A DNA stretch of 60,802 nt, filler included, from an uncultured bacterium (lineage in GTDB: Bacteria; UBP4; UBA4092): assembly GCA_964644695.1 (NCBI GenBank). It is 3 parts of 2 records of this genome, joined end to end, with 100 filler letters (N's around TTAATTAATTAA, not from the genome) between each part and the next. Parts side by side here need not be neighbours in the genome. Positions count along the whole stretch, not along the records: positions 1 to 26,609 come from CAZXWN010000007.1; 2 more parts are not named here. The stretch is one strand, 5' to 3'. The notes beneath the pieces were generated by a model. It ran no database searches, was not told the DNA's origin, and was given only the letters and a program-made list of their open reading frames with translations. The stretch's first letter is position 1; every line of letters starts with the position of its first letter. A program made the position numbers and the translations under genes. Below, piece after piece: positions 1 through 9,095 of the stretch.

Positions 1-41
1 TTAACATGCGGTTTCTTGCGCTCAAATTTAGCTTTCGCCAT
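1..41 (-). CDS. tuf: Elongation factor Tu, N-terminal fragment (runs off the window)
   Basis: Reverse strand reads ATG GCG AAA GCT AAA TTT GAG CGC AAG AAA CCG CAT GTT = MAKAKFERKKPHV. AGGAG RBS upstream; lies downstream of tRNA-Thr(GGT), as in thrT-tufB. Confidence 0.95.
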   Translation of the reverse strand, partial: MAKAKFERKKPHV

Positions 42-154
42 GGGTCATTTCTCCTGTGTATAATACTTTCGAAATTGAGTTTGCCTATTATAACCCGATT
101 TTCGGGTATGTTCCAATATGTCTATGGATTAGACGGATGAACTTTGGGTAAAAA

Positions 155-230
155 TGGAGCCCAGAATCAGGATTGAACTGATGACCTCACCCTTACCAAG
201 GGTGTGCTCTACCAACTGAGCTATCTGGGC
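155..230 (-). tRNA. tRNA-Thr(GGT)
   Basis: GCCCAGATAGCTCAGTTGGTAGAGCACACCCTTGGTAAGGGTGAGGTCATCAGTTCAATCCTGATTCTGGGCTCCA: cloverleaf, anticodon GGT, encoded CCA. Confidence 0.97.
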
Positions 231-379
231 TTCTATCTCATCTATCCGGTGAAGTTCAGAGGATATTTTCCCTGCCCTTCTTTATATTGCTATTCTATCG
301 TTAAAAGACCCGGCCGTCTGACCGGGACTTGGTTTTACCCAAAACTCACCCCATTAGGTGGGGTTCATTAGAGTTTTCT

Positions 380-409
380 ATTTTAATCAATTATCCCAAC
401 ATGTGTCAA
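380..409 (-). promoter_or_regulatory. Sigma70-like promoter upstream of tRNA-Thr/tuf
   Basis: Minus strand TTGACA-18 nt-TAAAAT. Confidence 0.55.
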
Positions 410-589
410 CCTGTTAATAAAAATATACTTATTAAAGGCCTTCCATAGACACACTAATCACTGATTAATCCGCAAAACACTTCAAAACATCACCCGCATC
501 CATACAGTGAACTATCGATTTTATAGAATCTTACGAAAAACATAGTTATCATATTGTAGTCAAAATATTATCAACGAGATGGAGTTATT

Positions 590-1231
590 ATGAAAAAAGA
601 GTACTCAAAGATACCTGAGTTATTTAAAGAGTCCTGGCCGGGTGAATTTGAAGGCTTTTCATGGCAGGATTTTTTGACAGCCATTCCCTCACCCCTTTTT
701 CTGGTAACCTCCTATAAATCAAATGGAAAAGAAAACGCCTGTATGCAATCATGGGCCACTTTTGTGGGTGATAAGGGTGAATTTATCTGCATATTAGGTT
801 CGGTGTCAAAAAGAGGGCATCTATACCAAACAATTAAGGAAAAAATGTGTTGTGTCCTGAATTTTCCCTCAAGAGATGTTTTTGATAAGTGCATGAAAAC
901 AGTCGAAAACAATGATTTTGAGGATCAGGAAATAACTAAATCAGGCCTGACGGCTGAAAAAGCTATTGCTGTAAATGCTCCAAGAGTGAAGGAATGTTTT
1001 CTTAACATTGAATGTGAATTCCTGTGGGAACATGAACATTTCGAAAACAGCCGCGATGTCGTCATTGCTTTAAAGGCTAAACATATTTGTATGGATGTAA
1101 ACAAAGCCGATGAAAGCGGGATGGGGCGATATGGGAAAACAGGCTATATGTACAACATACACAGCCCGCGAAATCCAGAAACAGGTGACGTTTTGCCCGA
1201 TTGTTTTGGCGCTATTGAAAAGTACAAATAA
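590..1231 (+). CDS. Flavin reductase-like FMN-binding protein
   Basis: IPSPLFLVTSYKSNGKENAC, VLNFPS, AVNAPRVKECFLNIEC motifs; GGAG RBS. Confidence 0.85.
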   Translation: MKKEYSKIPELFKESWPGEFEGFSWQDFLTAIPSPLFLVTSYKSNGKENACMQSWATFVGDKGEFICILGSVSKRGHLYQTIKEKMCCVLNFPSRDVFDKCMKTVENNDFEDQEITKSGLTAEKAIAVNAPRVKECFLNIECEFLWEHEHFENSRDVVIALKAKHICMDVNKADESGMGRYGKTGYMYNIHSPRNPETGDVLPDCFGAIEKYK

Positions 1232-1256
1232 TCTGGTAAGAAAGACCTTGATGCCG

Positions 1257-1305
1257 AACGAATCACTCACGGACCTGGTCCGAGCAGCTCCGTGAATGAT
1301 TCGTT
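1257..1305. repeat. Intergenic palindromic repeat, copy 1
   Basis: AACGAATCACTCACGGACCTGGTCCGAGCAGCTCCGTGAATGATTCGTT; similar to four other copies in the window. Confidence 0.85.
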
Positions 1306-1357
1306 TCGCTTAATGAATGCCATTTGTTGTAAAAAAGATGTTTTTGAAAACCTGCCT

Positions 1358-2962
1358 CTAGTTAATATGAAATAATTCCAAATACCGTTCATGGGTCATA
1401 TATGTCGGAGACATCTTTTCTTTGATTTTTTCATATTCTGTATTCAGAGGACTGATTCGAGACCAACGGGATGTCTGCGGCAGAGAACTGTTTGGGATGA
1501 AATATAGACCCTGTGATTCCAGTACGGCCGCTGCACTCGTTTTTCTGACTCCCTCCAACTTAGAACACAGACCTGACAATCTAAAAATGGATTCTTTATC
1601 CCCTTGCGAACAACGGATGAGTAATGAGTTAAAGTCTTCATTCGACAGATATCCACTGTCTGCTGATTCAATGACATTATTCTCAATCAACTCCTTGATT
1701 CGTGCATCCAAAAATCCAAAAAACTCCTTTCGCTGAATCCAATTACCGTCTTTTAGATTATTGACGTTATCCCGGATTATCAGAAATTGCTTTTCCAATT
1801 CATAGATATCTACATCTGGTAACCTTAATACCTGCGCGCTTTTCAACAATAACAGGCTTTGAAAATATAGCTTATCCATAGAGGTCTGGCGGGAAAGATT
1901 CAAATAAAGTTGTTTCCAGATAGTTTGATAATATCCTGTATGAACAGAGGTGACACTGGATTCTTGAAAGCCTCTTAATTCCGGAAGCACAACGTTTCGG
2001 TAATCATTTTCCGACTGGATGGGTACTGCAGTTAAATATAGAAACAGCCGATAAGATTGGTCTTCATAAGCTGGATTATCAAATTCTCTTAACACCCTTT
2101 TAAATAGAGAGGATGAACCTTTTTCTGTCCAAATAATTCGTCGCAGCAGACCATCGGCACCCGGGGACTGCTTGCGCCATGTTTGGTCGAATAATTCCTG
2201 CGCATATAAGTCTGCGGTTTTACCCCCCAGCCTGAGTTGAACAATCTTCTCATATTCATCCAGACGGTTTCTTACTTCTACATAACGTTCTTTCGCCCTG
2301 CACTTTTGAATAAAAGCAAGCTGTTTTTGCGGGTTATCCACATACATCCCCATATAAGCATTGATTTGCTTGATACGGATAGAAGGGTCTTCGGAATTCA
2401 GTAATATTTCTAAATCAGGCTCTGGCTTTGAGGACAAGCTAGATTCCAGTAAATATTTGGCCTGGTACTCTATTTCACGTCTGTCAGGATGATTCTGGTA
2501 TTGGGCTTGTTTCAGCAGTTGAACCAGGCGGTAATGGATTGTCAGTGACATTTTATAGTCCCCCAACCTGTAATAAACCTGTCCCAGTTTCACTAAGGCA
2601 TTTAGATACCACCGGGTTTTTGAATAACTCTCCGTCATTTTTTCCAAATAAGGTAACGCTTCCCGGTCCATATTCTGGTATATGTATCCCCAGCCAATTA
2701 CATGAAGTAATTCCCCTTTTTGATAATAATCCGGTTGAGAACCCTTCTCCAATAGAGACACTCCCAAACTCGTACACTTCTCAATCCATTCTTTCTGATT
2801 AGGAATAGCCGAAGTATCTGCATCATGAGTCAGCACCCTCTGGTATAAATCAAACTCCGCTGTACATCGGCTAAACTGTTGGGTCCAATCCTCTGCCCAG
2901 ACACTCTGGAATCCTATCAATAGGACTCCAGTCATGATAACCCTCTTGATCCATAATCCCAT
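1358..2962 (-). CDS. Secreted TPR-containing hypothetical protein
   Basis: Start MGLWIKRV with GGAGG RBS; signal peptide ending ...SVWA; TPR-like helices (ALVKLGQVYYRLGDY). Confidence 0.65.
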   Translation of the reverse strand: MGLWIKRVIMTGVLLIGFQSVWAEDWTQQFSRCTAEFDLYQRVLTHDADTSAIPNQKEWIEKCTSLGVSLLEKGSQPDYYQKGELLHVIGWGYIYQNMDREALPYLEKMTESYSKTRWYLNALVKLGQVYYRLGDYKMSLTIHYRLVQLLKQAQYQNHPDRREIEYQAKYLLESSLSSKPEPDLEILLNSEDPSIRIKQINAYMGMYVDNPQKQLAFIQKCRAKERYVEVRNRLDEYEKIVQLRLGGKTADLYAQELFDQTWRKQSPGADGLLRRIIWTEKGSSSLFKRVLREFDNPAYEDQSYRLFLYLTAVPIQSENDYRNVVLPELRGFQESSVTSVHTGYYQTIWKQLYLNLSRQTSMDKLYFQSLLLLKSAQVLRLPDVDIYELEKQFLIIRDNVNNLKDGNWIQRKEFFGFLDARIKELIENNVIESADSGYLSNEDFNSLLIRCSQGDKESIFRLSGLCSKLEGVRKTSAAAVLESQGLYFIPNSSLPQTSRWSRISPLNTEYEKIKEKMSPTYMTHERYLELFHIN

Positions 2963-3147
2963 GTGCCTATCCTCCCAGTGATTCTTGGGGAATAATACCA
3001 CAATACCCACCCCACATTCCCTAATACCTGCCCTCTCCGAAAAAGGTTACATCTGGATTTTATCCATAATGGAGCCATTGGATACTCGAGCCTCTGATTC
3101 CATAAAAGTTCACGATATAATGATGATGTAAAGGAGATTAAAACATT

Positions 3148-3429
3148 ATGGTATCTGCATTTGTTTTACTCAAGGTGGAACGTCATAAAATTGACGGAGT
3201 GGCCGGACAATTGGCTGAGATGCCCAACATTTCTGAAGTTTATTCCGTTGCCGGTCAACATGATTTAATTGCCGTTATTCGTGCCAAAAACAATGAGGAA
3301 CTTGCTGAACTGGTCACAGGAAAACTCCTGCAGGTGGATGGGATTCTGTCTTCTGAAACCAATATCGCCTTCCGGGTTTATTCTCGATACGATTTGGATC
3401 GGGTTTTCTCCCTCGGAACTGAAGGATAA
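3148..3429 (+). CDS. Lrp/AsnC ligand-binding (RAM) domain protein
   Basis: AFVLLKV...EVYSVAGQHDLIA...VDGILSSETNI; AAGGAG RBS. Confidence 0.9.
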   Translation: MVSAFVLLKVERHKIDGVAGQLAEMPNISEVYSVAGQHDLIAVIRAKNNEELAELVTGKLLQVDGILSSETNIAFRVYSRYDLDRVFSLGTEG

Positions 3430-3441
3430 TCCTAAGCCAGT

Positions 3442-4374
3442 ATGGGTTGGCGATGGATTCGAAAAAAACGCCGCCAGGCGTTATGGCTGACGGTATTTGT
3501 GATTATTTGTATAACAGGTCTGTTTTACTGGCTGGCAGGCATTGCCAGACAGGACACAGACCATTTTGTTGTTATCCGTAAAAATCTCCAGGTAAAAAAC
3601 CTCCCCCCTGAATTTGAAGGATACCGGATTCTGCATATTTCGGATATTCATGGAAAACAATTCGGTTCCCACCAGTCTGAGATAATCACCACACTAAGCC
3701 GTGAGTCCATAGATATAGTCTGTCTGACAGGTGACTATGTGTTTAAGCAAAATCGGCAAGAACCCCAGGGTGTTGATGCGACAGCGGATTTAATCACAGG
3801 ATTAAAGCAAACCCATTCAGACTGTCCGGTATTTTTTATTTTAGGGAACTGGGACATGCTCCACAAAAATATCATTATTGATGAACTGACACTTGCCGGG
3901 GCTGTTTTTCCTAAAACACCGAGAAGTATTACCCGTGGGAAATCAAAAATCCTTATCGGACCCGCCACCTTGTCCATACCTCAGGCAAAAAAGAATCCAA
4001 TCCCCAACAGACAGTTTTATATCGGTCTGATTCATTACCCATGGGATTCTAATTATGTAAAAAAGGCCGGAAATAAACCCCGGATTAAAGGTAAATATTT
4101 ACTCCGACAAAACGGTAAAAATCCAAAAGCTTTTATCAGAGCAGATTTGTTTTTAGCGGGGCATACACACGGAGGGCAAATCCGATTGCCCCTGATGGAA
4201 AAAATTGTTCCAATGATTTATACAAAAGGTGAATATCGCCGGGGGGACACTGTTCTCTATGTATCGGGAGGCATCGGTACAGGAAATATCTCACTCTTGA
4301 GATATCGGTTATTTAATCCGGCAGAAATTAGTATTTTGGAACTTCACCGAGATAATACTAAAAAGCCTTTATAA
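3442..4374 (+). CDS. Membrane-anchored calcineurin-like metallophosphoesterase (YkuE-like)
   Basis: Motifs DIH, GD, GNWD, GHTHGGQ; N-terminal TM helix. Confidence 0.9.
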   Translation: MGWRWIRKKRRQALWLTVFVIICITGLFYWLAGIARQDTDHFVVIRKNLQVKNLPPEFEGYRILHISDIHGKQFGSHQSEIITTLSRESIDIVCLTGDYVFKQNRQEPQGVDATADLITGLKQTHSDCPVFFILGNWDMLHKNIIIDELTLAGAVFPKTPRSITRGKSKILIGPATLSIPQAKKNPIPNRQFYIGLIHYPWDSNYVKKAGNKPRIKGKYLLRQNGKNPKAFIRADLFLAGHTHGGQIRLPLMEKIVPMIYTKGEYRRGDTVLYVSGGIGTGNISLLRYRLFNPAEISILELHRDNTKKPL

Positions 4375-5046
4375 CGCCATGATTGTAATAACAAATCCGG
4401 CACCCACTCTCCATCGGCCGGAATATTCTTTTCCCTTTACACCCAAACCTTCAATATCCTGCGTCAGAACAATCCGAAACTCTCCAATCGAAGGTCCTGT
4501 TTCAACCTCCACATCTGTCCAGTTTAATCGAGATCGGGTCAAAGGATATTGGGCCTTATAAAAACATTCTTTAGCAGAAAAGACTAAAGGGATATGGTTA
4601 ATTTTCATCCTGGGGGGCAGGTTTTCTGTTTCTTTCTGTTCACGCGCTGTCATGACCCGATGAGAAACCTTGTCTGGAAACCCGTGAACCCGTTCCACAT
4701 CTAAACCAACCGATCTTTGTTTCCCCTGTTTCATAACAACGGCGGCGGCCAGATGTTCTTTATGTGAAATACATCCGGCATATCCCGCTGGCCATCGAGG
4801 CAAACCATCAACATCCCGCAGCACAGGAATTGGAGTCAGACCTGCTTGCACCAGGGCCTGATGTGCAGCACATCGACCTGCAGCAAATCCTATCCTCCGG
4901 GTCTCAGTCCAATCAGCGGCAATGGCCGCCTCTTCAGGAAAGATGTTCGATTCAGTTTCCATCATATCCAGTAATACCAGAACAGCTCCTTTGGGAGATA
5001 GTCCTGCCGTATCCGGATATCGGTGGTTCACTCGCTCTTCATCCAT
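4369..5046 (-). CDS. 4'-phosphopantetheinyl transferase (EntD-like)
   Basis: FAAGRCAA, PRWPAGYAGCISH, VGLDVE and FSAKECFYKA motifs. Confidence 0.9.
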   Translation of the reverse strand: MDEERVNHRYPDTAGLSPKGAVLVLLDMMETESNIFPEEAAIAADWTETRRIGFAAGRCAAHQALVQAGLTPIPVLRDVDGLPRWPAGYAGCISHKEHLAAAVVMKQGKQRSVGLDVERVHGFPDKVSHRVMTAREQKETENLPPRMKINHIPLVFSAKECFYKAQYPLTRSRLNWTDVEVETGPSIGEFRIVLTQDIEGLGVKGKEYSGRWRVGAGFVITIMAL

Positions 5047-5058
5047 ACAAACACCTGT

Positions 5059-6384
5059 TTATTCTTCCTGGTTATTTCGGGTAATCCGAACTTTGCTCAC
5101 CCGGTGGTCAACCATTTCAAGAACAGTAAACTCCAGATTCTCCCACTGAAAGGACTCGCCCGCGACAGGCAATCTTCCTAAATAAGTGGTGATGAATCCC
5201 CCTAACGTCGTAAAAAGACCTGACTTATCCTGAGGAAGGCTGATGATGCCCAGAGCCTCTTTCAATTCTTCCGTAGAGACCAATCCTTCCATGACCCAGG
5301 TTGCCTCGTCCACCTGTTCTTTTCGGTATTCACGGGCCGAACCTGCCGTAAATACCTGTCCAGTCAAGGCAAGCATGAGATTGTTCAGACTGACTAATCC
5401 TCTCACACTTCCGTTTCCATCAACAACCACCGCCACATGCATCCGGGTATCTCTAAACTGTTCCAGAATTGAAAATGCTGGAATAGACCCCGGAACATAA
5501 AGAGGGACTTGTAACATTCGCCTCAAGGCTTGGCGGAACATGAATCCTTCAGCATTCATATCCAGATTCAAAACATCTTTGATATAAAGTACCCCAATGA
5601 TTTTATCGAGGGCACCATCACACACCAGAAACCGGATGAAGGTACTGTCTTTGATTTTTCGTAAAAAGACTCCCGGAGGATCATTGATGTCCAGCCAGTA
5701 GATGTCTGTTCGAGGTGTCATGATGGCTTCCACTTGCTGATTCCCCACCCTTAACACTCGCTTCATTAAATCTTCTTCCACCGGCGGAAATAATCCTTCC
5801 TTGACCCCTTCTTCCACTAAAATCTTGATTTCCTCCGAAGAAACAGTTGTCTCTTTCCGAGGTTTCATTCCCAGTAATGAGGCGAAAGTTTCTGTAGAAA
5901 TAGACAAGAGGTTTACAATGGGATGAACAATAACCGATATCGTTTGAACAGGTCCCGTCACCCAGAGAGCAATCTTCTCAGGACTGTTCAATGCCATACG
6001 CTTAGGGACTAATTCACCAAAAATCAGCGTTAAAAAAGTAATAATCAAAACGATAAGAGACAGCCCAATAGTCTTCCCTGTAAGAGGGTCCATACCAAAA
6101 CTTTGGAACAACCAGACAGCCAGTTCTTCGGCAATGGTTACTCCACCAAATGCACCACTTAAAATACCTACCAGGGTAATGGCGACTTGAACTGTTGATA
6201 GAAATCGGTTCGGAGATTGGGTGAGATTTAAGGTTCGTCGGGCCTGACGATTCCCCTGGTTGGCCCATTGTTGTAGAAGGGTTTTCCGAGCTGAAACCAA
6301 CGCCATCTCGGACATGGAAAAAAATCCATTAATCAGGATGAGTATCAGGATAATAACTATTTCAAAAATCACAGACTCCGTCAT
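5059..6384 (-). CDS. CNNM/HlyC-CorC family transporter (DUF21, CBS pair, CorC_HlyC)
   Basis: NGFFSMSEMALVSARK, GELVPK, IMTPRTDI and TTLGGF motifs. Confidence 0.93.
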   Translation of the reverse strand: MTESVIFEIVIILILILINGFFSMSEMALVSARKTLLQQWANQGNRQARRTLNLTQSPNRFLSTVQVAITLVGILSGAFGGVTIAEELAVWLFQSFGMDPLTGKTIGLSLIVLIITFLTLIFGELVPKRMALNSPEKIALWVTGPVQTISVIVHPIVNLLSISTETFASLLGMKPRKETTVSSEEIKILVEEGVKEGLFPPVEEDLMKRVLRVGNQQVEAIMTPRTDIYWLDINDPPGVFLRKIKDSTFIRFLVCDGALDKIIGVLYIKDVLNLDMNAEGFMFRQALRRMLQVPLYVPGSIPAFSILEQFRDTRMHVAVVVDGNGSVRGLVSLNNLMLALTGQVFTAGSAREYRKEQVDEATWVMEGLVSTEELKEALGIISLPQDKSGLFTTLGGFITTYLGRLPVAGESFQWENLEFTVLEMVDHRVSKVRITRNNQEE

Positions 6385-6470
6385 GAAGTTCCTTCCAACA
6401 GCAGGTTATCTTCCATAGTTTCATTATATAAGAATACATCACTGAAGATGCAGGTCGATGACTTATAAAT

Positions 6471-6507
6471 AAAAAACTCCTGCCACTGATATTCCGGGCA
6501 GGAGTTT
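6471..6507 (-). terminator. Intrinsic terminator
   Basis: AAACTCCTGCC...GGCAGGAGTTT stem with a minus-strand U tract after the DUF4434 gene. Confidence 0.65.
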
Positions 6508-6528
6508 ATAATTATTTAATGACATACC

Positions 6529-7599
6529 CTAACGTGGATTCGAGAAATACTGTTTTCTATATTTCTGGTAATCGGTATATAACTTCCGGGCTTCTGGTTT
6601 AGGTGAACTTTTCGCCATGTAATGGATATATTCAAATGTAACGATTTTATCCGCATGACGGGCTGCCACCTGAAGAGAATCCTCCAACTGGTCCATAGTG
6701 AAAGGGAAGTATCCGATATTCCCCATCACAGCATTTTCCACATCCGTCCAGTATTCTTTCTTTGCCGATTTAGCAACGTCCTGACACCAGGCTTGCGCCA
6801 TATCCGTGTGTTTGATATCCGACAAATAAGTTCCCACACCATCAATCACCATCCAGGTATCAATCTCAGCAATCCCTGTGATCCACGGACGCCAGAACTG
6901 GTCTAGATACTGACGGGAAGGAGGCATCGGCACGAGTTTTCCTTCCTTATTTTTCTGCCATTCAGCATATAAACCTACGGAATGAATAACCTTCAGATTA
7001 GGATTATACCGTTTAATGGTTTGAGCCACAGTGCGCGTGGAATTGATCCAAAGTGCACGAGTATTGGTTTTATCGACATCTGTTGGAGAAGGCTCATTGG
7101 TAATATAAACCCCGTAGAAACTGGGATGTTTCGAATATCGGGTGATATATTCTTTTCGGAACTGTTCAGATTTCCCCGTGGTCCAGACTTTCATCCACTG
7201 ACTGGGATTTTCCTGCCAACAGTCCGGGGCCAGGAAATCTCCCAGAATAACTTTCATCCCGTATTTATCAGCCGCCTGTAATATAGATTCCATGGGGTCA
7301 CGATTTTCAAGCAATGAATCTTCCCGAAAGACAGAACTTTTAAGAAAGGTTTGGTAGTCCCGTTTATCATTATCCCACCAGGCTCCATGATGAATAATGA
7401 TAATATCCATCCCGGCCTCTTTCATGGCTTTCACTTCATCGGCAAACTTCTGATCACTCCAGTCCTTAAAAAGCCAGCTTCCCAATTGCCAAAACGCACC
7501 ATCCAAAATGGGCTGACGGGCACTTACCATTCCACTGAGCATCATCACCGCAACTCCTATGGTTATAAACCGAATGACACTATTCAGATATCGTTTCAT
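6529..7599 (-). CDS. Secreted DUF4434-like putative glycoside hydrolase (TIM barrel)
   Basis: Signal peptide; GAFWQ, MKEAGMDIIII, AADKYGMKVILG, YSKHPSFYGVYITNEP and WTDVE motifs. Confidence 0.75.
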   Translation of the reverse strand: MKRYLNSVIRFITIGVAVMMLSGMVSARQPILDGAFWQLGSWLFKDWSDQKFADEVKAMKEAGMDIIIIHHGAWWDNDKRDYQTFLKSSVFREDSLLENRDPMESILQAADKYGMKVILGDFLAPDCWQENPSQWMKVWTTGKSEQFRKEYITRYSKHPSFYGVYITNEPSPTDVDKTNTRALWINSTRTVAQTIKRYNPNLKVIHSVGLYAEWQKNKEGKLVPMPPSRQYLDQFWRPWITGIAEIDTWMVIDGVGTYLSDIKHTDMAQAWCQDVAKSAKKEYWTDVENAVMGNIGYFPFTMDQLEDSLQVAARHADKIVTFEYIHYMAKSSPKPEARKLYTDYQKYRKQYFSNPR

Positions 7600-7651
7600 A
7601 TTCCATAACTCCTTCTAAGATAGACCCTTCAAAGTTTCCTTATATTTCATA

Positions 7652-8902
7652 CTAAAGTTTTAAACGAATGGATAGACGAGATAACAATGCGGTTACACCT
7701 ACAATAAAGAAGGCGAAAATCAACGACCGTAAAATCCCCAACGAACCTGACTTAAGATGAGTTGATAACCAGGTAATTCCGACTATCCCCAAAAATGAAA
7801 GGACCAGATTAGGAAGAATGTATGCCAGCAGGGGATTACTTCCAGCAGGTCGGATTGGAGCAGCCCAGCCTCTAAACTGACAAACATCCGCAATCCAGTA
7901 AATAAAAGCATACACTACCGTACAAATTGCCGCACTGTATAAAGTCCACGAGGGCGTCGCATTGTTCTTTGAAATCCCGAAGAGTCGCGCCGGCTCCAGC
8001 GGATCAAAAAAGTAACCTAAGACTGCCAATACTGCCGCAAATCCCAACATCCAGCCAATCCTGCGGGAAGGCGTTGGAGCGGGCGTGGTTTCCATAAACA
8101 ATAATCCCAGAATAACACCCGCCTGAGTCAGGGTTGTGTGGCCGCCGATCTGCCCCGCCATCCAGATGTAATCATTGATTGGACCCAGCGGAATTGAGGC
8201 TCCACAACGATCTCCAATATTGATTGCAACTAAAACAAATAAAGCTAACAGGTGAAAAGAAAAACATTTCCGTATGATCAGGTATATCAGACTGGCGGTC
8301 AGGTAAGACCATCCAATCAAACCCAGGATTCCCCACCAACTGGTACGCATCCAAACGGTCCCTTCGGACAAAGTACCTCTGTAACTCCAAGCCAAAAACC
8401 CCAACAAGATAAAACCGAGACTGCGAAAGACCCAACCTAAAACATATCCCTTACCTTGGCGGGGATAACGGTTCCATACCAGAATAACTGAACTGAAGAA
8501 AAGGAATATCCATGAGGATCGAGATAATATGGCCGTTGTTGCATCATAACGTCCCATATTCACCATAAACACACCTATAGTCAGAAGACCCAAAGTCCGA
8601 AGTAAGATATGCCCCAACTGGTTAAGCAGCCCTACTCCGGAAGATAACCTTCTATCAAAAGCAAAGGGAATGGACATCCCCACAATAAATAAAAAGGCGG
8701 GGAAGACTAAATCCACCAAAGTCATTCCATCCGTACTCAGCCATGAGACTTCATCAGCATGTTTTAACCACCAGGGTACACCCGAGATTCCCGCTACATC
8801 ATTCACAAAAATCATTAACAGAATGGTCAATCCCCTGAAGATATCAATGGAAACCACCCTTTCTTCAGGTAATAACATACTCGGATGAAATGGCTTATTC
8901 AT
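7652..8902 (-). CDS. DUF5009 / HGSNAT-like (NagX-like) membrane protein
   Basis: RVVSIDIFRGLTILLMIFVND, TLVDLVFPAFLFIVGMSIP, WWGILGLIGW, ISKNNATPSW, GSNPLLAY motifs. Confidence 0.85.
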   Translation of the reverse strand: MNKPFHPSMLLPEERVVSIDIFRGLTILLMIFVNDVAGISGVPWWLKHADEVSWLSTDGMTLVDLVFPAFLFIVGMSIPFAFDRRLSSGVGLLNQLGHILLRTLGLLTIGVFMVNMGRYDATTAILSRSSWIFLFFSSVILVWNRYPRQGKGYVLGWVFRSLGFILLGFLAWSYRGTLSEGTVWMRTSWWGILGLIGWSYLTASLIYLIIRKCFSFHLLALFVLVAINIGDRCGASIPLGPINDYIWMAGQIGGHTTLTQAGVILGLLFMETTPAPTPSRRIGWMLGFAAVLAVLGYFFDPLEPARLFGISKNNATPSWTLYSAAICTVVYAFIYWIADVCQFRGWAAPIRPAGSNPLLAYILPNLVLSFLGIVGITWLSTHLKSGSLGILRSLIFAFFIVGVTALLSRLSIRLKL

Positions 8903-9095
8903 AAATTTCTAGCCTCCCATTTAACTAGTATTCGACTCTAATCAACAGATACTTTATCCTCAACAATAAACTCCATTATTTTAACTCTGTTTATTAATAA
9001 AACAATATCCACAGTCATAAACCATGGATATTGTTTATCTGTCACCAGTTAAAGAAGGTTTGCTGGAAATAATTACCGGGAGATATAAAAGCCTT

